A stretch of 64,000 nt of DNA from Euprymna scolopes (taxonomy: Eukaryota), in assembly GCA_053919585.1 (NCBI GenBank), contig CM132794.1. One strand, 5' to 3'. This document shows positions 50,715 to 63,300 of the stretch, piece after piece (positions within the stretch are counted from its first letter, which is position 1; each line of letters opens with the position of its first letter). The position numbers were made by a program, and so were the translations under genes. The notes beneath the pieces are model-generated. The model was given only the letters and a program-made list of their open reading frames with translations. It was not told the DNA's origin and did not search any database.

Positions 50715-50930
50715 TAATTGTGAATTATTTAAAACTTCTATCCAGTATTGGCTGATGGAACGAAAGTATGCTATCCTCATGGATTAAATAAATGGTTCTG
50801 TTCGAAATTCCGTGTAGATTCCTAAGTTTGACAAAATACACCTGAAAAAGGTCAGAGGTTATATCGGCTGAAAGTTTGTGAAAATAACACTGAAGATGAG
50901 AACAATAGTTCGATTAATCCAAATAATATA
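50715..50930 (+). mobile_element. Minimal-hammerhead repeat copy
   Basis: CACCTGAAAAAGGTCAGAGGTTATATCGGCTGAAAGTTTGTG (50839-50880) with family head and tail. Confidence 0.65.
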
Positions 50931-52060
50931 GAACACATTTTGTAAATAATTCATTGTATATGATTATTTGAATAAAAGTTGCTATTTTACCTAACGTGAG
51001 AGGGGGAGTAGAAATGATGGATTCATATTTTTTCGACAGTATTAGTGTGTAAACGCAATCAATCTGGTAAGATGTGGACTTGGAAGAGTTCGGCCACAAC
51101 CATAGCAAACACATGCGAATATTATTTCTATGATTAAAAAAAAGTTTGTGAAAAATGTTGCTTTATACCTTGGCACAGCATTGATATTTTCAGGATTTAA
51201 AAAAAAACATCATATTTTCAATTTGTTTTCAAGCTTTTCTTAAGCTGCAATAATTTTCAAGAGTTGCTGTTGACTTTTGCCATATTTTCTACCCCCCCCC
51301 ACACACACTCTCATTTAAAAAAAATAATAAAAGAAAAAGTAAGCTAGAATCCTTTGAGTCTGTGAAAGTCTCGGGGAGGGGAGGAACCATTTTTAGCTTT
51401 GGCATGGAATTTCATCATTTCAAAAGATAATAACTGCAGTCTAATTCTAGCCGTGTATTGAGAGCCGCGCGCGCAACCCCTAATGATTCATGGCGGTGTG
51501 CTGCTCATAGAAATCCTTGAAGAGATATTCTTCAGGGATTCTGCAGATTTAATCCTCCCCAAAAACCATGACCTACTTGCACTGAGATTTACTTTTTTTA
51601 ATCAGATAAACTATAAAACACACCCACACGTGTGTATATATAAAAATTTGGTAGATTCGAATTGGATGTTGGGTAATTTTACAGAGCAATATTAACAAAG
51701 TTATAAAAAAGAAATCAACACCATGTCAATTATAAATAATAATTTTTTTTATCCATCCGGCAGAATCTTCAGTGACTCACTCCATTTCTGCCACCCTCCC
51801 AACTTCCCCAAGGTACTGGAAAGGATTAAATTTTTTCATATTTTATTGGTTCGCCACTTATCAAGGCCCAAAGGCCATTCGAGATTAAGGATTAATGAGT
51901 ATCTGGTGGCTAGTGAGACAACACATTGTTGATCGTTGTGGTGGAAGTTTGGCAGAATTTGATTATTTAAGAAGACGGCCCAGCAAGAACTTGTTTACAT
52001 TGGACTTGAAAACGACCATGTAGTCAGCTAAAATAATTATTTTAAACTTTCTTAGACTTA

Positions 52061-52608
52061 TCTATATAAATAAATCAGTAGATGCATGTATGTATGTCTG
52101 TGTTTGTGCAAATATTTAGCCGATAAACTCTTAAACTACTAGTCACATTACACTGAAATTAACAGGAAATAATAATCATACACCAAGGATGGTTTATAAC
52201 AAGAAAAATCTTTGTTTGGATGGATGAATTACGTGTACAGAAATATGTTGGCAAGTTGAAATGCAAAATATTCATTTCAACTTGCCAACATATTTTTATT
52301 ACTTTTGCGCATGCAGAAATTCAATTCAAGTTTGAAGTGGTTTTAATTTAAAACTTTTCTTATCTATCTGTCGATAGCTCAAATGATAGGAAACTTGGCT
52401 GGGGCGCTAAATGTTTTGTTTTCGATTCTAGCTCGTAGCACCCAAATCATTTTTTTTTTAACTTTTGAAATGACTAGTATAAATTAGGTACAATATAATA
52501 TTCAATAGAGAATTGACCCTGTAATAATAATTACGAAATCTGCATGAATTAAAATATATTTAAGCGTATTTTACAACCGGGCAAGGTCGAGTGCCCAACC
52601 CCCGTTAG
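52061..52608 (+). mobile_element. Non-autonomous Helitron-like element with an internal perfect hairpin
   Basis: A|TCTATATAAATAAAT start; GGGCA..TGCCC subterminal hairpin; TTAG|T end. Confidence 0.6.
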
Positions 52609-52865
52609 TATTTTCATAAAAATATACTTTTTCTTTTTTTTCCCCCAAAGTCAAGAAGTGTATTTTCAAAAATGTTTCATGAATTACCTCCCTTTATTTT
52701 TGTAATTATAACTTTGACCAGTAGTAGTAGTAGTAATTATACTAGTCTTTATTTTTGTTTGCTCTTTTTTATATGTCCTCCTCCTCTATCTAGAGAAAAC
52801 TCTTTTTAACCAAAATACTAACTTTTGATTGATGAATAAATAAAATGTAACTATGTGTAATAATA

Positions 52866-54141
52866 CGAGAGGTGTGCAATAAGTAATGCGCCTGCTCCAC
52901 TTCTCATAGCAGTAGAGCAACGAAACTTGGCACAGTTATTAGTCTTTCTCTACATAGGAATCATTCAGAGTTATGTATTTCTCCCATCGTTTGATGCAGC
53001 TCTGGAGACCGTTTTTGTAGAACACCTCAGGTTGGTCCTCCAACCACGACATGACTTCAGAAATCAAGGCTGCATCATCTGGGAAACGCTTTCCTTTAAA
53101 AAATAACTTCATGGCTGGGAAGAGGTGAAAGTCAGAGGGTGGAAGGTCAGGAGAGTAGGGAGGATGGGGAAATATTTCATAGCCACATGCCCTTGCTTCT
53201 GATCTGGCGGCATGCGAGTTCTGGACCGGAGCGTTGTCCTGCAGGAGGATGGTACCTTTGTTGATCTTGCCCCGTCTCTTGATTTTGATAGCTTCCCTTA
53301 ATTTCCTCAAAAGTGAAGCATAATAGGCTCCTGTAATTGTAGTACCCTTTGCCAGGAAATCTGTCATCACTACTCCATCCTGGTCCTAGAAGACTGTGAG
53401 CATGACCTTGCCTGCGGAGTACTGCACCCTTGCCTTCTTTGGAGGTGGTGAGTCCAAGTGCTTCCACTGCATTGACTGGGCTTTGGTCTCTGGATCATAG
53501 TGATGGACCCAGGTTTCATCCTGTGTAATGAGTCTTTTGAAAAATTTTGACTCATCTTCTTGGCACATCTCCAAATTCATCCTCGATGCGTTTTTCCTTC
53601 TGGAATGGTGTGATCAACCTGGGAATCCATCTGGTAGACACCTTATGCATATGCAAATGGTCATGAATGATAGTTTCCACAGACCCTGTACTAATCTTGA
53701 CATCTTGGACTATTAGGCGAATAGTAATGTGCCGATATTCCAAAATGGCAGCCTCAACGTGACGGACAGATGCCTCATCAATGGCAGAAGGGGGGGGGGC
53801 GACCAGGTCTGGGAGCTGTTTCCACAGACTTCCGGCCATGTTTGAATTCACGATGCCAGCGTTTTACAAGGTCATATGATGGCGCATTATCACCATAAGT
53901 TTCTTTCATTTCATCAAATGTGCGTCCTTTCAAATACAAAAACCAGATTACTGCTCGACACTCAACAGGCTCCATTTCACACCTGACTTAGTTCAAACAT
54001 CTGTAAAACAGAAACCACAATTAGTTCAGAACTGTGCTTGCTACATAACCCTTAGAGATATAAATCATTGCACATGCAAAATTTCTGCTAGATTGGACAA
54101 CTGGAAGTGAGTCAGGGTCATTACTTATTGCACGCCCCTCG
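52866..54141 (-). mobile_element. Full-length mariner, same family as 39053-40333, frameshifted
   Basis: TA-flanked TIRs; TQDETW, LLQDNA, HPPYSPDLPPSDFHLF. Confidence 0.95.
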
Positions 54142-54479
54142 TAAAATGAAAATAATCATTAAATTAGTAGACAATAAAAATAGAAAAGTGCATTAATTAG
54201 ATGTCTTTTTGCTAAGTAGTATGCAAATTATCCTTAATATATCTACCTGCACACACATGATCAGTGTATTATAAAGCTATCATTATTCTATTTTGAAATT
54301 ACTTTGGCGTTTTAATCTTGATCGTATCATACTATTCATTCACTTTTCCACAACTTCAAGGAAAACGAAAATATCAATTGTTACTTTTCTATTTTATTAG
54401 TTAAGAAACTGTTGAAATTGGGAAAGCATTTTGTTTGCTTTTGTACAATTACTTCCTTTGCAGAAATGATCTTTGAATA

Positions 54480-54700
54480 GAGTAATGAATTATTGATGTC
54501 ATCGATAAATTCCAAAACTCTGGAATCAGCTTAGTTCAAATCCTATCAGATTCGTTTTATTCGATACCATTAGAGGAAAGGCATGAATCCACAATTTCAC
54601 CCTTAACTTGTGTTCAATTAATTGCATACAGATAAGCATTTATAAGAGCTATTTTGTTTCAGCATTATAAAGGGTTGATATACCACAAAACAGACAAGTC
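54480..54700 (+). mobile_element. Decayed tRNA-derived SINE
   Basis: B-box-like GTTCAAATCC, then GAAAGGCATGAATCC and a GGGTTGATATACCA tail; similar remnants at about 3055-3150 and 50990-51110. Confidence 0.4.
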
Positions 54701-55181
54701 AACTCATTTTCAGAAAGAAAAGATCAACTTGGCCAAATTTTTTCCAAGATGATTCTCATAATTGTTGAAAGTCGATTGAAATCAACTCTCGTAATTATAA
54801 CGTTTTCAATATACGAGCAGACATTCAGTGAATTATATAATGCTCACTTTGCCAGCTTGCTATAACTTCACAAAGTCTGTTGCTTGAAACCAAAGTTTTA
54901 AATAATAAATATTTAATTCATAAGTTTCTTGTAAACACAAGAGAAAAATGTTCACATTTATTCATATAAGTAGATATTTACATTATGGCAATTTAGATAC
55001 AAAAATTTATTTATCGAATAAAATCGTGAATAAATGAAGATAAAGAAGAAATCAATTCGCCTGTGCTGGTAAAATACGTGTTGGGGGAGGCTCTTTTAAA
55101 AACAAATAAAATTTAGCATCGCTAGGTGGAGATAGAATGAAAGAAAGGAAAGGGAGAGAGAAAAAGGGAAAGAAGAATGAA

Positions 55182-55230
<49 letters not shown>

Positions 55231-55684
55231 AATCACTTCCTTTCTTCTGCAGAACTCAAGCCGTTTTGATAAAAATGTATTTATCGTTTAAATAAGTCTT
55301 AAAGATTAAAAAATAAATGGGTGGGTCTCTTTTAAAAATGATAAAACAAAGAAAATTTTGAGTCACTAAAAAGAGAGGGGAAAGGAAAGGATGTGAGGAA
55401 GAGGAGGAGAGGAAACGAGAGACGAAGGCAGAAGAAAGAGTGAAACTTTTTTATATGATAAATAAGAAAGTAAGAAAGGTTTGCGTCCTTTATCCTTATT
55501 TAATTAAATCACTTAAATTAATTACTGTTAATATCGATGAAACCATTACACATATATAGATAAAACAGGACAATAAAATTACAAATGAATAACGCAGAGC
55601 ATTAATTTATTATAGTTATTGTTTAAAAAATAGCTATGAAAATGAGACATTCAAACTTCAACTCTTTTGTCTATACTGTATATA

Positions 55685-57006
55685 CGAGGTGCTTTCAATA
55701 AGTTTCAAAATTCTTTTCCTATGTGCACTTTTATTAATAGTACACACATAGAACTCTAGTCCCATTCGAAGTAATCTTCTCTGGCTGCAATGCACTTGTT
55801 GTACCGTTCCAACAACTTTTGGAAGGCCCCATGGTAGTCCTCTTGTGTGAGCATGTCAATGACCCTTGTCACAACTTTGTTCATCTCCTCAATTGTCTCA
55901 TAACGACAGCCTCTAAGGTTTCCTTTGAGGTTAGGGAATAGCCAAAAGTCACAGGGAGCAAGGTCTGAACTATAGGGAGGATGAGGAATTGTCTTGATGT
56001 TATTCTGTATTAAATAGTCTTTGACAAGGATAGAGTTGTAGACCAGTGCATTGTCCTCGTGGAAATGCCACTGACCCAATTTGAAGAGTACTAGCCTCTT
56101 CTGACAGAATCTCTTCCTAAACTCGAGTCTCAGTATTCCTTGTTGACTGTCTGTCCAATGGGAACCTAGTCCATGTAGATCATGCCTGCGCTGTCAAAAA
56201 AAAAAGGGACCATCATAAAGTTTCTGGGTGGGTTTGCTCTGTCTGGCCTTCTCAGGTCTGGGAGAGCCAGCATGCTTCTGCTGGAAAGTCTATTTCTTGG
56301 TCTCTGGGTCATAGCAGTAGATCCAGCTTTCATCGCATGTCACCAGAGCATCAAGAACTATGGGATCTGAATTGATCAGCTTGACCATCTCCTTGTTGTC
56401 ATGATAACGTCTTTCTTTCTGATCTTCTTTTCGCACCCTTGAGACAAACTTTGCACAAATCTTCCCCATTTTCAGTGCCTCACAAATAATTGTGTGTACA
56501 ATTCCCACACTCACATCAAACTGTGCACTTATTGTCTCTATAGACACACGACGGTCTTATTCATGAAAGTCTTTATTTGGCCAATCAACTCTAGTGTTCT
56601 GACTTTCTTATTCCTTCCACATCTCTCATCATCCCTCACAGACTCCCTGCTTATGCCACTCAAAAACTGATTCTCAATTCATACAAGATGATACAAAAGC
56701 AGTCTGAAGCATTCCATATGATTCTGTGCCATTTTTTCCCAAGTTTAAAACAAACTTTTATTGTATATCATTCTCCTAAAGTGTCCTCATGTCAAGATTG
56801 CATTTTGGAAATTCACCAGCTGTGACAATCAGGCTTTAATAGAGTGTATTCCAATTCCTGCTGTAGCTATATATGTGAACCTGAAAGCATAAAAATCGGT
56901 CAGTCATCTCATAAGATGTATAGCAATAACATACTGAATTTTCAAGAGTCTATGACAATTTTAAATACTTGTACAAAAAAAGTCTGGAAATTTATTAAAG
57001 GTATCT

Positions 57007-57008
<2 letters not shown>
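55685..57008 (-). mobile_element. Second-family mariner, decayed
   Basis: TA-flanked imperfect TIRs CGAGGTGCTTTCAATAAGTTTC / GAAATTTATTAAAGGTATCTTG; TCDESW, HEDNA, HPPYSSDLAPCDFWLF. Confidence 0.9.
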
Positions 57009-57039
<31 letters not shown>

Positions 57040-57824
57040 TATTCAAAACTTTATGTTGTGTTATTGATTTAAATGACAGTAAGACATTTTAGTGTAGTAT
57101 AGGATTGATGAAAAAAAAATGGCATTTATACATTTCAAAGATGTGGAAGTTAAGAATTTTTATTTATTTATTTATTTATTTTATCTAATTATGACGACAT
57201 TCTTCCTGGATTATTTTTCCTAATTGAAATGTTTAAATAATTTATCGGGTGAACAATTCCAGTCTTTTTGTCAATTTTATCAATTAGCATCCACAATGCC
57301 ATATCATTCTTTTAAGAATGTTGTTGTTGCTTTGCGTAAGATTAATTGTCATTTCGAAATAGAATCTGAAAGGTTTTGGCCAAGACGAAACAATGAATGA
57401 GGCATTCCTATGGGATTTACATTATTTCAAAGGCGCCATTAGAGAAGAACAACGCCTGATACTGATATTCCAGGTAACAAAAAGAAAGAAACGATTTTTT
57501 CATAATAAAAGAAATGACGATTCATGGTTTTAGTAGTAGACAAAATGCTTGTATAGTAGACAAGACGTAACTCAAAGCTTTTTTTTTTTTCTTTCGTTAT
57601 GGTGTTGTAACACTGGCTGGCACTTGTCTTTATTAGTGTCAGTTGGAATGATAAAAGTAATACCAATGTTAACCTTAAAAAGGAAGAACTTTATTTGCTT
57701 TTTTACATGTTGGAGAGAGTACACCTCTTGTTAATAAGGTTTGCCGGCAATGTGCGTCTTGTTAGTTCGGTGACTAAACGTGCACTGGCTACTTACCTGT
57801 CATGCTGGCTGGGGCTTGGCTAAG

Positions 57825-57902
<78 letters not shown>

Positions 57903-57998
57903 GTATAGGAGTAGGAGAGAGAGGTGAGGAAAAGTCTTTTAACAAGTAAGTTGGCAACTGACTCGGTCACGACCTACTTTTCGACCTGACCCCAGCTA

Positions 57999-58011
57999 GT
58001 TGCTAAGCAAC
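57999..58011. promoter_or_regulatory. Candidate RFX X-box
   Basis: Palindromic GTTGCT-A-AGCAAC; related AGTTGGCAACT at 57949-57959; lies in non-TE, relatively GC-rich sequence. Confidence 0.4.
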
Positions 58012-58189
58012 AAAGAAAGAAAGAGAAAGGCTAAGAAACTATTATTTTGGGGGAATGGTATTATTTTTGTCCTATTTCTTGGCTTTTAGGGGTGACTCAA
58101 GTCAGTCCTATAGTGTCTTCTTGATTATTGATCTTTTCACATCAATTATCCTTGAATCATATAGATGTCTAGGCATCGGTTTCGTGTTC

Positions 58190-58345
58190 ATGTTTCGTGT
58201 TCATCTGTTTTGTGTTTGTCTGTTTTGTGTTCATCTATTTAGCGTTCGTCTGTTTCGTGTTCTTCTGTTTTGTGTTCATCTGTTTTGTGTTCATCTGTTT
58301 TGTGTTCATCTGTTTTGTGTTCATCTGTTTTGTGTTCATCTGTTT
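58190..58345. repeat. 15-bp minisatellite (TTCATCTGTTTTGTG) x ~10
   Basis: Direct inspection; units become more uniform towards the right. Confidence 0.9.
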
Positions 58346-59185
58346 TATTTATGTGAGTGAAAGAAAAATGTGAATATGAGAAATGAGTGGAGAACAGATA
58401 CGATCATGATCCTGATGTTGATAAATGCAAACAGTAGGTGCGTGCGCGTGTGTGTGAGAGAGAGTTGGAGAGAAAGAGAGAAATAAGGTGGAAAACGGAA
58501 AATCCAGCAAAATGATAACAATACTTGGCCTCTTTCACTTGCCACAAAATAAAACCAAGAAAAAAAAAGCAAAAATTTCTTTTCAATGTGATTAATAACT
58601 TCATGAGTTTGTGATCCCTCAAAAGTTTAAGAATCACTGTTATAGAATACAGAAGATCACCCAGAGGATTTTAATATTAAAAATAGCATATTAGACGGAA
58701 ATAAATATAAAAATCGTTTATTATGCGATAGCATTGGAAAATTCACTTACATTTATAAGTAAAAATAACTTGTGTTCAATGAATCATTAACATTGTATTG
58801 TATTTTAGCATTGAATAAACACACACCCAAAGGAGAAGAGAAATAGAACAGAAAAGCATACCAAAAGAAGAATTGTGTAAGAACATTTAAACTTTAAAAA
58901 CATAAACAATGATTTGATGGAGATTTGTTCTGAAATGTGTAGTAAGAAAATAGTTACGAAAAATAACCAAGATTTTAAAAAAATGTTTTTAGTAAAACTC
59001 AAAATGTTTAAATGTGAGGAATATTATATTAGTAGATTATGGCCGTTGTAGAGATTTACTATTTCAAAGCTTACTTTCTTGTTTGGTCTGGTTTGTAATA
59101 TTGCTGCCTTATTAGTCTTGACTTACTGTGTGTGTGTGTGTTTTTTTTAACTCTTGTTCACCTCAAACAAGGCATGTTGCCACTT

Positions 59186-59282
59186 GGATGTAAGCGGCTA
59201 CTATTTGGGACCATGTTGACACGGATGTAAGCGGCTACTATTTGGGACCATGTTGACACGGATGTAAGCGGCTACTATTTGG
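59186..59282. repeat. 37-bp tandem repeat x 2.6
   Basis: GGATGTAAGCGGCTACTATTTGGGACCATGTTGACAC starts at 59186, 59223 and 59260. Confidence 0.95.
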
Positions 59283-59466
59283 CACTATATATAAGGAGAT
59301 AAACGAGATCTCATTTTACATTACATTTAAACATCTGTATGTCAGTTAGGGAATTCCAAAGGTCTAGCAATCCGAAGGAAGAAGGTTTTTGCTTTTGTTT
59401 ATTCTCGTTGATTTTTCATTTCATTATCTTGCAAACTCACCTTTTTGTTATCGATTTGCATTTCAG

Positions 59467-59796
59467 AATCAACCATTGGTTTCGGAATCGAATACAGATT
59501 TTGAAATTATGGCCTTAGCAGCTCTGCACAGCCTTTTTACTCAACAACGTTGTTTTTCCTTCTTGAAATCTCAGAGTAGAGATTTCAAACAGCAATGCCA
59601 TTGGTCAATACTTGATATGGCTTCTGTGTCGGAGTTCTTCTGCAATTGGCTGCCAATCACGAATCTAAAAACCCTCATAAAACTGGCCAACTTAGTGAGT
59701 GGAATATATTCAAGCTATTGTACCGATGAATATGATGCGGCATTAATCAAAGCTTTTACGCTAGATGTATTGAAAACAATGTATCTGGAAAAAAGG
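59467..59796 (+). CDS. Exon F of DNHD1-like dynein heavy chain (AAA6 lid), phase 0-0
   Basis: gcatttcag| and AGG|gtgagt; 330 nt; ALAALHSLFTQQRCF and IYSSYCTDEYDAALIKAF correspond to dynein L.FFHA...ERRKF and YGG.VTD.WD.R.L...L. Confidence 0.88.
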
Positions 59797-59857
59797 GTGA
59801 GTTTTCTCTCTTATTCTTCTCTCATTTACAGTTTCTTCTTTTATTGGTTTCTTCGGG

Positions 59858-59910
<53 letters not shown>

Positions 59911-60390
59911 TGATGGGACGGTTCCAAAATTTTTCCCGATTCTGTTCTAAATTTCCGATTCCAATTCGATTCCCGATTCCAATTTCGATTCTTTTATATT
60001 TTATAGAGATTTTATTAGAGATTTGTTGTTGTTTTTTTTGTAAATTTTCAAATCATTACATAAACCCCCGGGAAATTTCCGCGTATATTTTTCCTCAAAT
60101 TGTAATTGATTAAAAATTGTAAGACAAGAAAAGATTTATTTTGATTTAAAACAAAGCCAGATTGTATCAGTTCGTTGTTAGTGTACAACATGCTACTCGA
60201 AATTGTTCATAAACAGCTGAAAATAGTCCACGATTGGTAGGCAAAATGAGGAAACGATGTAAGAACAAAATATTAACAACGCCCCCCTCCCAATGTTATG
60301 AACGAATTTCTAAATAATAATGCTACAATTTGAATACCATTTTTAACGGTGCCCTGAAAACTCGTACGCGGAAAATTCGTTCATTTTTGC

Positions 60391-63300
60391 TCGGAAGGAA
60401 AGCTGGTCCATTATTGAATAAATATCGATTAAAAACACATTTTATGACCGTTCTTGAAGGGGATATTGTTTTTAAAGGTTACTACGCACCCTCATAATAT
60501 TTTTAAAAATTATAAACCATATATTTATTTTAAAATATTTTTTAGTTTTAACACTTTTTGTGGTCAATTTTTACAAGCCTTTATAAATAATATGAAAAGA
60601 GAAATTTGGAAAAAAAAATAGCATTTTAGAGTGGGGGGATCATTTTCCCATATAAATTTAACGTAAAGTGATGACCCATTTCTTAGCCACAATGGTTGAC
60701 AAGACATATTTCAAGTTTGGCGAGCGCGGGGAGGGTGTGGAAGGGCGGAAAACATGACAATATGGGGGGGGGGATTACATTTGAACATAAAATAACGATA
60801 TATTTAATTAAAATTTTAGTAGTGTTGGGGGTGGAGGATTTAAAACATAAAATAACACGATAAATTTAATTTTCGTGGAGGGAGGGGGAAATACCAAATT
60901 TCTTTTTACATATTATTCTTCAAAGCCATTTAAGTAGATGTTCATTTTTTAGGGATTAAACGATGCTGTTTTTTTTTTTTCGGGGGGGGGGGGGCAAAAT
61001 AAAACGAAAAAATGAATGAATTATTAATTAACACACAACCTACCTTTAAAAACTTCTCTAGGGGTTTTCGGTGTGCTGAAAACGAATATCACATTTAAAA
61101 TTGGGGCCGGCACTAGTTTTCGTTTTCACGGTATTACAAGCATATTTTTATCCGCATATTTCATATATAAATGTAACGTGGTGACCATGCTTGTTTTTTT
61201 AGACTTGCAGAATCGTGTGTATGTGGGGGGGGGGGACAATGAAATGACAAGATAATGTGGAGCTAATTTATTATTATTATTATTATTATTATTATGACAT
61301 CTATGCTGATGACACGACCATCTACGTCAACACATCAAAGGCTGTAAATGACAAAGTTCTCTCTGATTCTCTCTCCTCTGATCTCGAGCGCGTGGTTCAG
61401 AGAGGGGGAGACATCATCAACGCTCTGATCCCCATCTGGCATCAATTGAAATGGATGGCTCTCGTCTAGGAGAAGCCCCATGTTTTGACAAGCTTCTGGG
61501 TTTGTCCTTTACTCCTGATCTGAAATGGAACATGTACATTGTCTGTTGCCAAGGTCGCTGGAAAGATGGTGGAATCCTTCTACCGCACCAGAAGATATCT
61601 CACTACTGATGTAATTCTCTATCTATATAAAAGGATGGAATAATGCTGCCATATCTGGGCAGGAGCTGCTAAAAACTGCCTATCCTGCCTTGACAGAGTA
61701 CAAAATAGACTTTGTGGCTTAGTGGGGGATGCCCTTTTCTCTTCCCTGCAACCTCTCTCCCACAGAAGAGATGTTGCGAGCCTATCCTTGTTTTATCGTT
61801 ATTTCCATGGCAGGTGCTCGTCTGAACTCCAATCTCTGGTCCCCCCTCGCCAATCTTTCATGAAAAACACCCGTCTAGCTAAATCCACTGTCAAAAATTT
61901 TCCCCACTCTTTATCTGTGCCTAAATCAAAACGTAGATTCCATGAACAAAGCGTCTTTCTTCGAACTGCACTCCTGTGGAACTCTGTTCCGTCTGCCTAC
62001 TTCCCACCTGACTACAACCTGGATGTCTTCAAGTCCAAAGTAAACAAATTCCTAATGAACCGCCCCCTTAAGTAAACACTTCATTAAATCTCCATACTAA
62101 CGTACTGTACTTACAATAACCCTTATCCCTGAGTGGTTTCCGGGCCTTGATAAGTGATGACCACCGTGTAAAAAAAAATTATTATTATTATTATTATAAA
62201 TAATAATAAAAAAGAAAAAGAAATAAAATAAAAACATTGATTTTTGTACGCGCAAGCGCGCATATTTTTGCTAAAAAATACAAGAAGTGTTTTCGGTACT
62301 TATGTATTATTTGATAATATAAGACTTTTTTGTTTGTTTGTTTGTTTGTTTAAATGTCATTTGGGGGAGAACTTTTGCAGTATGCAGATGGCGGCTATTG
62401 TTACTCCAATTACTTCTTGGTTAAATAACGCTGCAAATAAGTAAGAAACAAGATTTTTTTCCGAACAGAAAATATTTGAAAACCAAAACATTTATTGTAT
62501 TAAAATGTATCAATATATAATTGTAAAAACATTTATTTAAAAGTCTACGTAAAAAATATAATTTTACTAAAACAATTGTGTAATGAAAGCAACATTGGAT
62601 TTTTATACAGTAAAATAGCTTTTGTTTTCGAACAAATAAATAATTAAGATGAAACACTTTTTTCAATTAAAGAAACTTTGAAGGGCCAACAAAAATTAAT
62701 AACTTAAATGTTTTTGGACCGAAAAGCGCCACCTGGCTACAGTTTAGTGAAAAGCACCAAGAAAAGGTCGCCGCCGTCCGCATACTGCAGAAGTGCCTTT
62801 TTTTTTTTTTTGTTATTCAATTTTCACCCGAAACAAGACACAGTGCCATTTTGAAGCAGGGGGCTTTTTGTTGTTTCGTGAACATAAAAAGTGTTACAAC
62901 TAAATTAATTTTTAAAAATTTGATAATACAAGAATTGTTTTCTTTTTTTGTTTGTTTGTTTCGTAATAACACAAGAGAAGAGGTGTTAAAAACTACAGTA
63001 TATTTTTTTATAAATATATGGTTTCGTTTTTCGTGTCTTCCGTTCGATTGCGTTACATAATCAACCGTATCAACTTCCGAGCAGTTATCTAGGACATTAT
63101 CTACAAATATACAAATATATTTTCTTTTGGAGGGTGAGGGGTGTTTTAAAACTATAGCTACCACAGTATTTTCTTTAATTTTCTATTTTTGGGCGATTAT
63201 CGAGACTCGTAAGATATGATTCTCTCATGTCAGACATTTTTTGTTCAAAAGTAACAATCGCTATATTTTTAACTAAGTAAACTCTTTAAAATAAGTTGAA

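Noticed and set aside
51450-51590. GC-rich patch with a protein-like minus-strand reading (EEYLFKDFYEQHTAMNH)
   Set aside because: Needs a frameshift and hits a stop; no donor site or recognisable family.
58055-58360. ORF with CVHLF repeats
   Set aside because: Translation of a 15-bp minisatellite.
59186-59282. 37-bp repeats as a CRISPR array
   Set aside because: Units are contiguous with no spacers.
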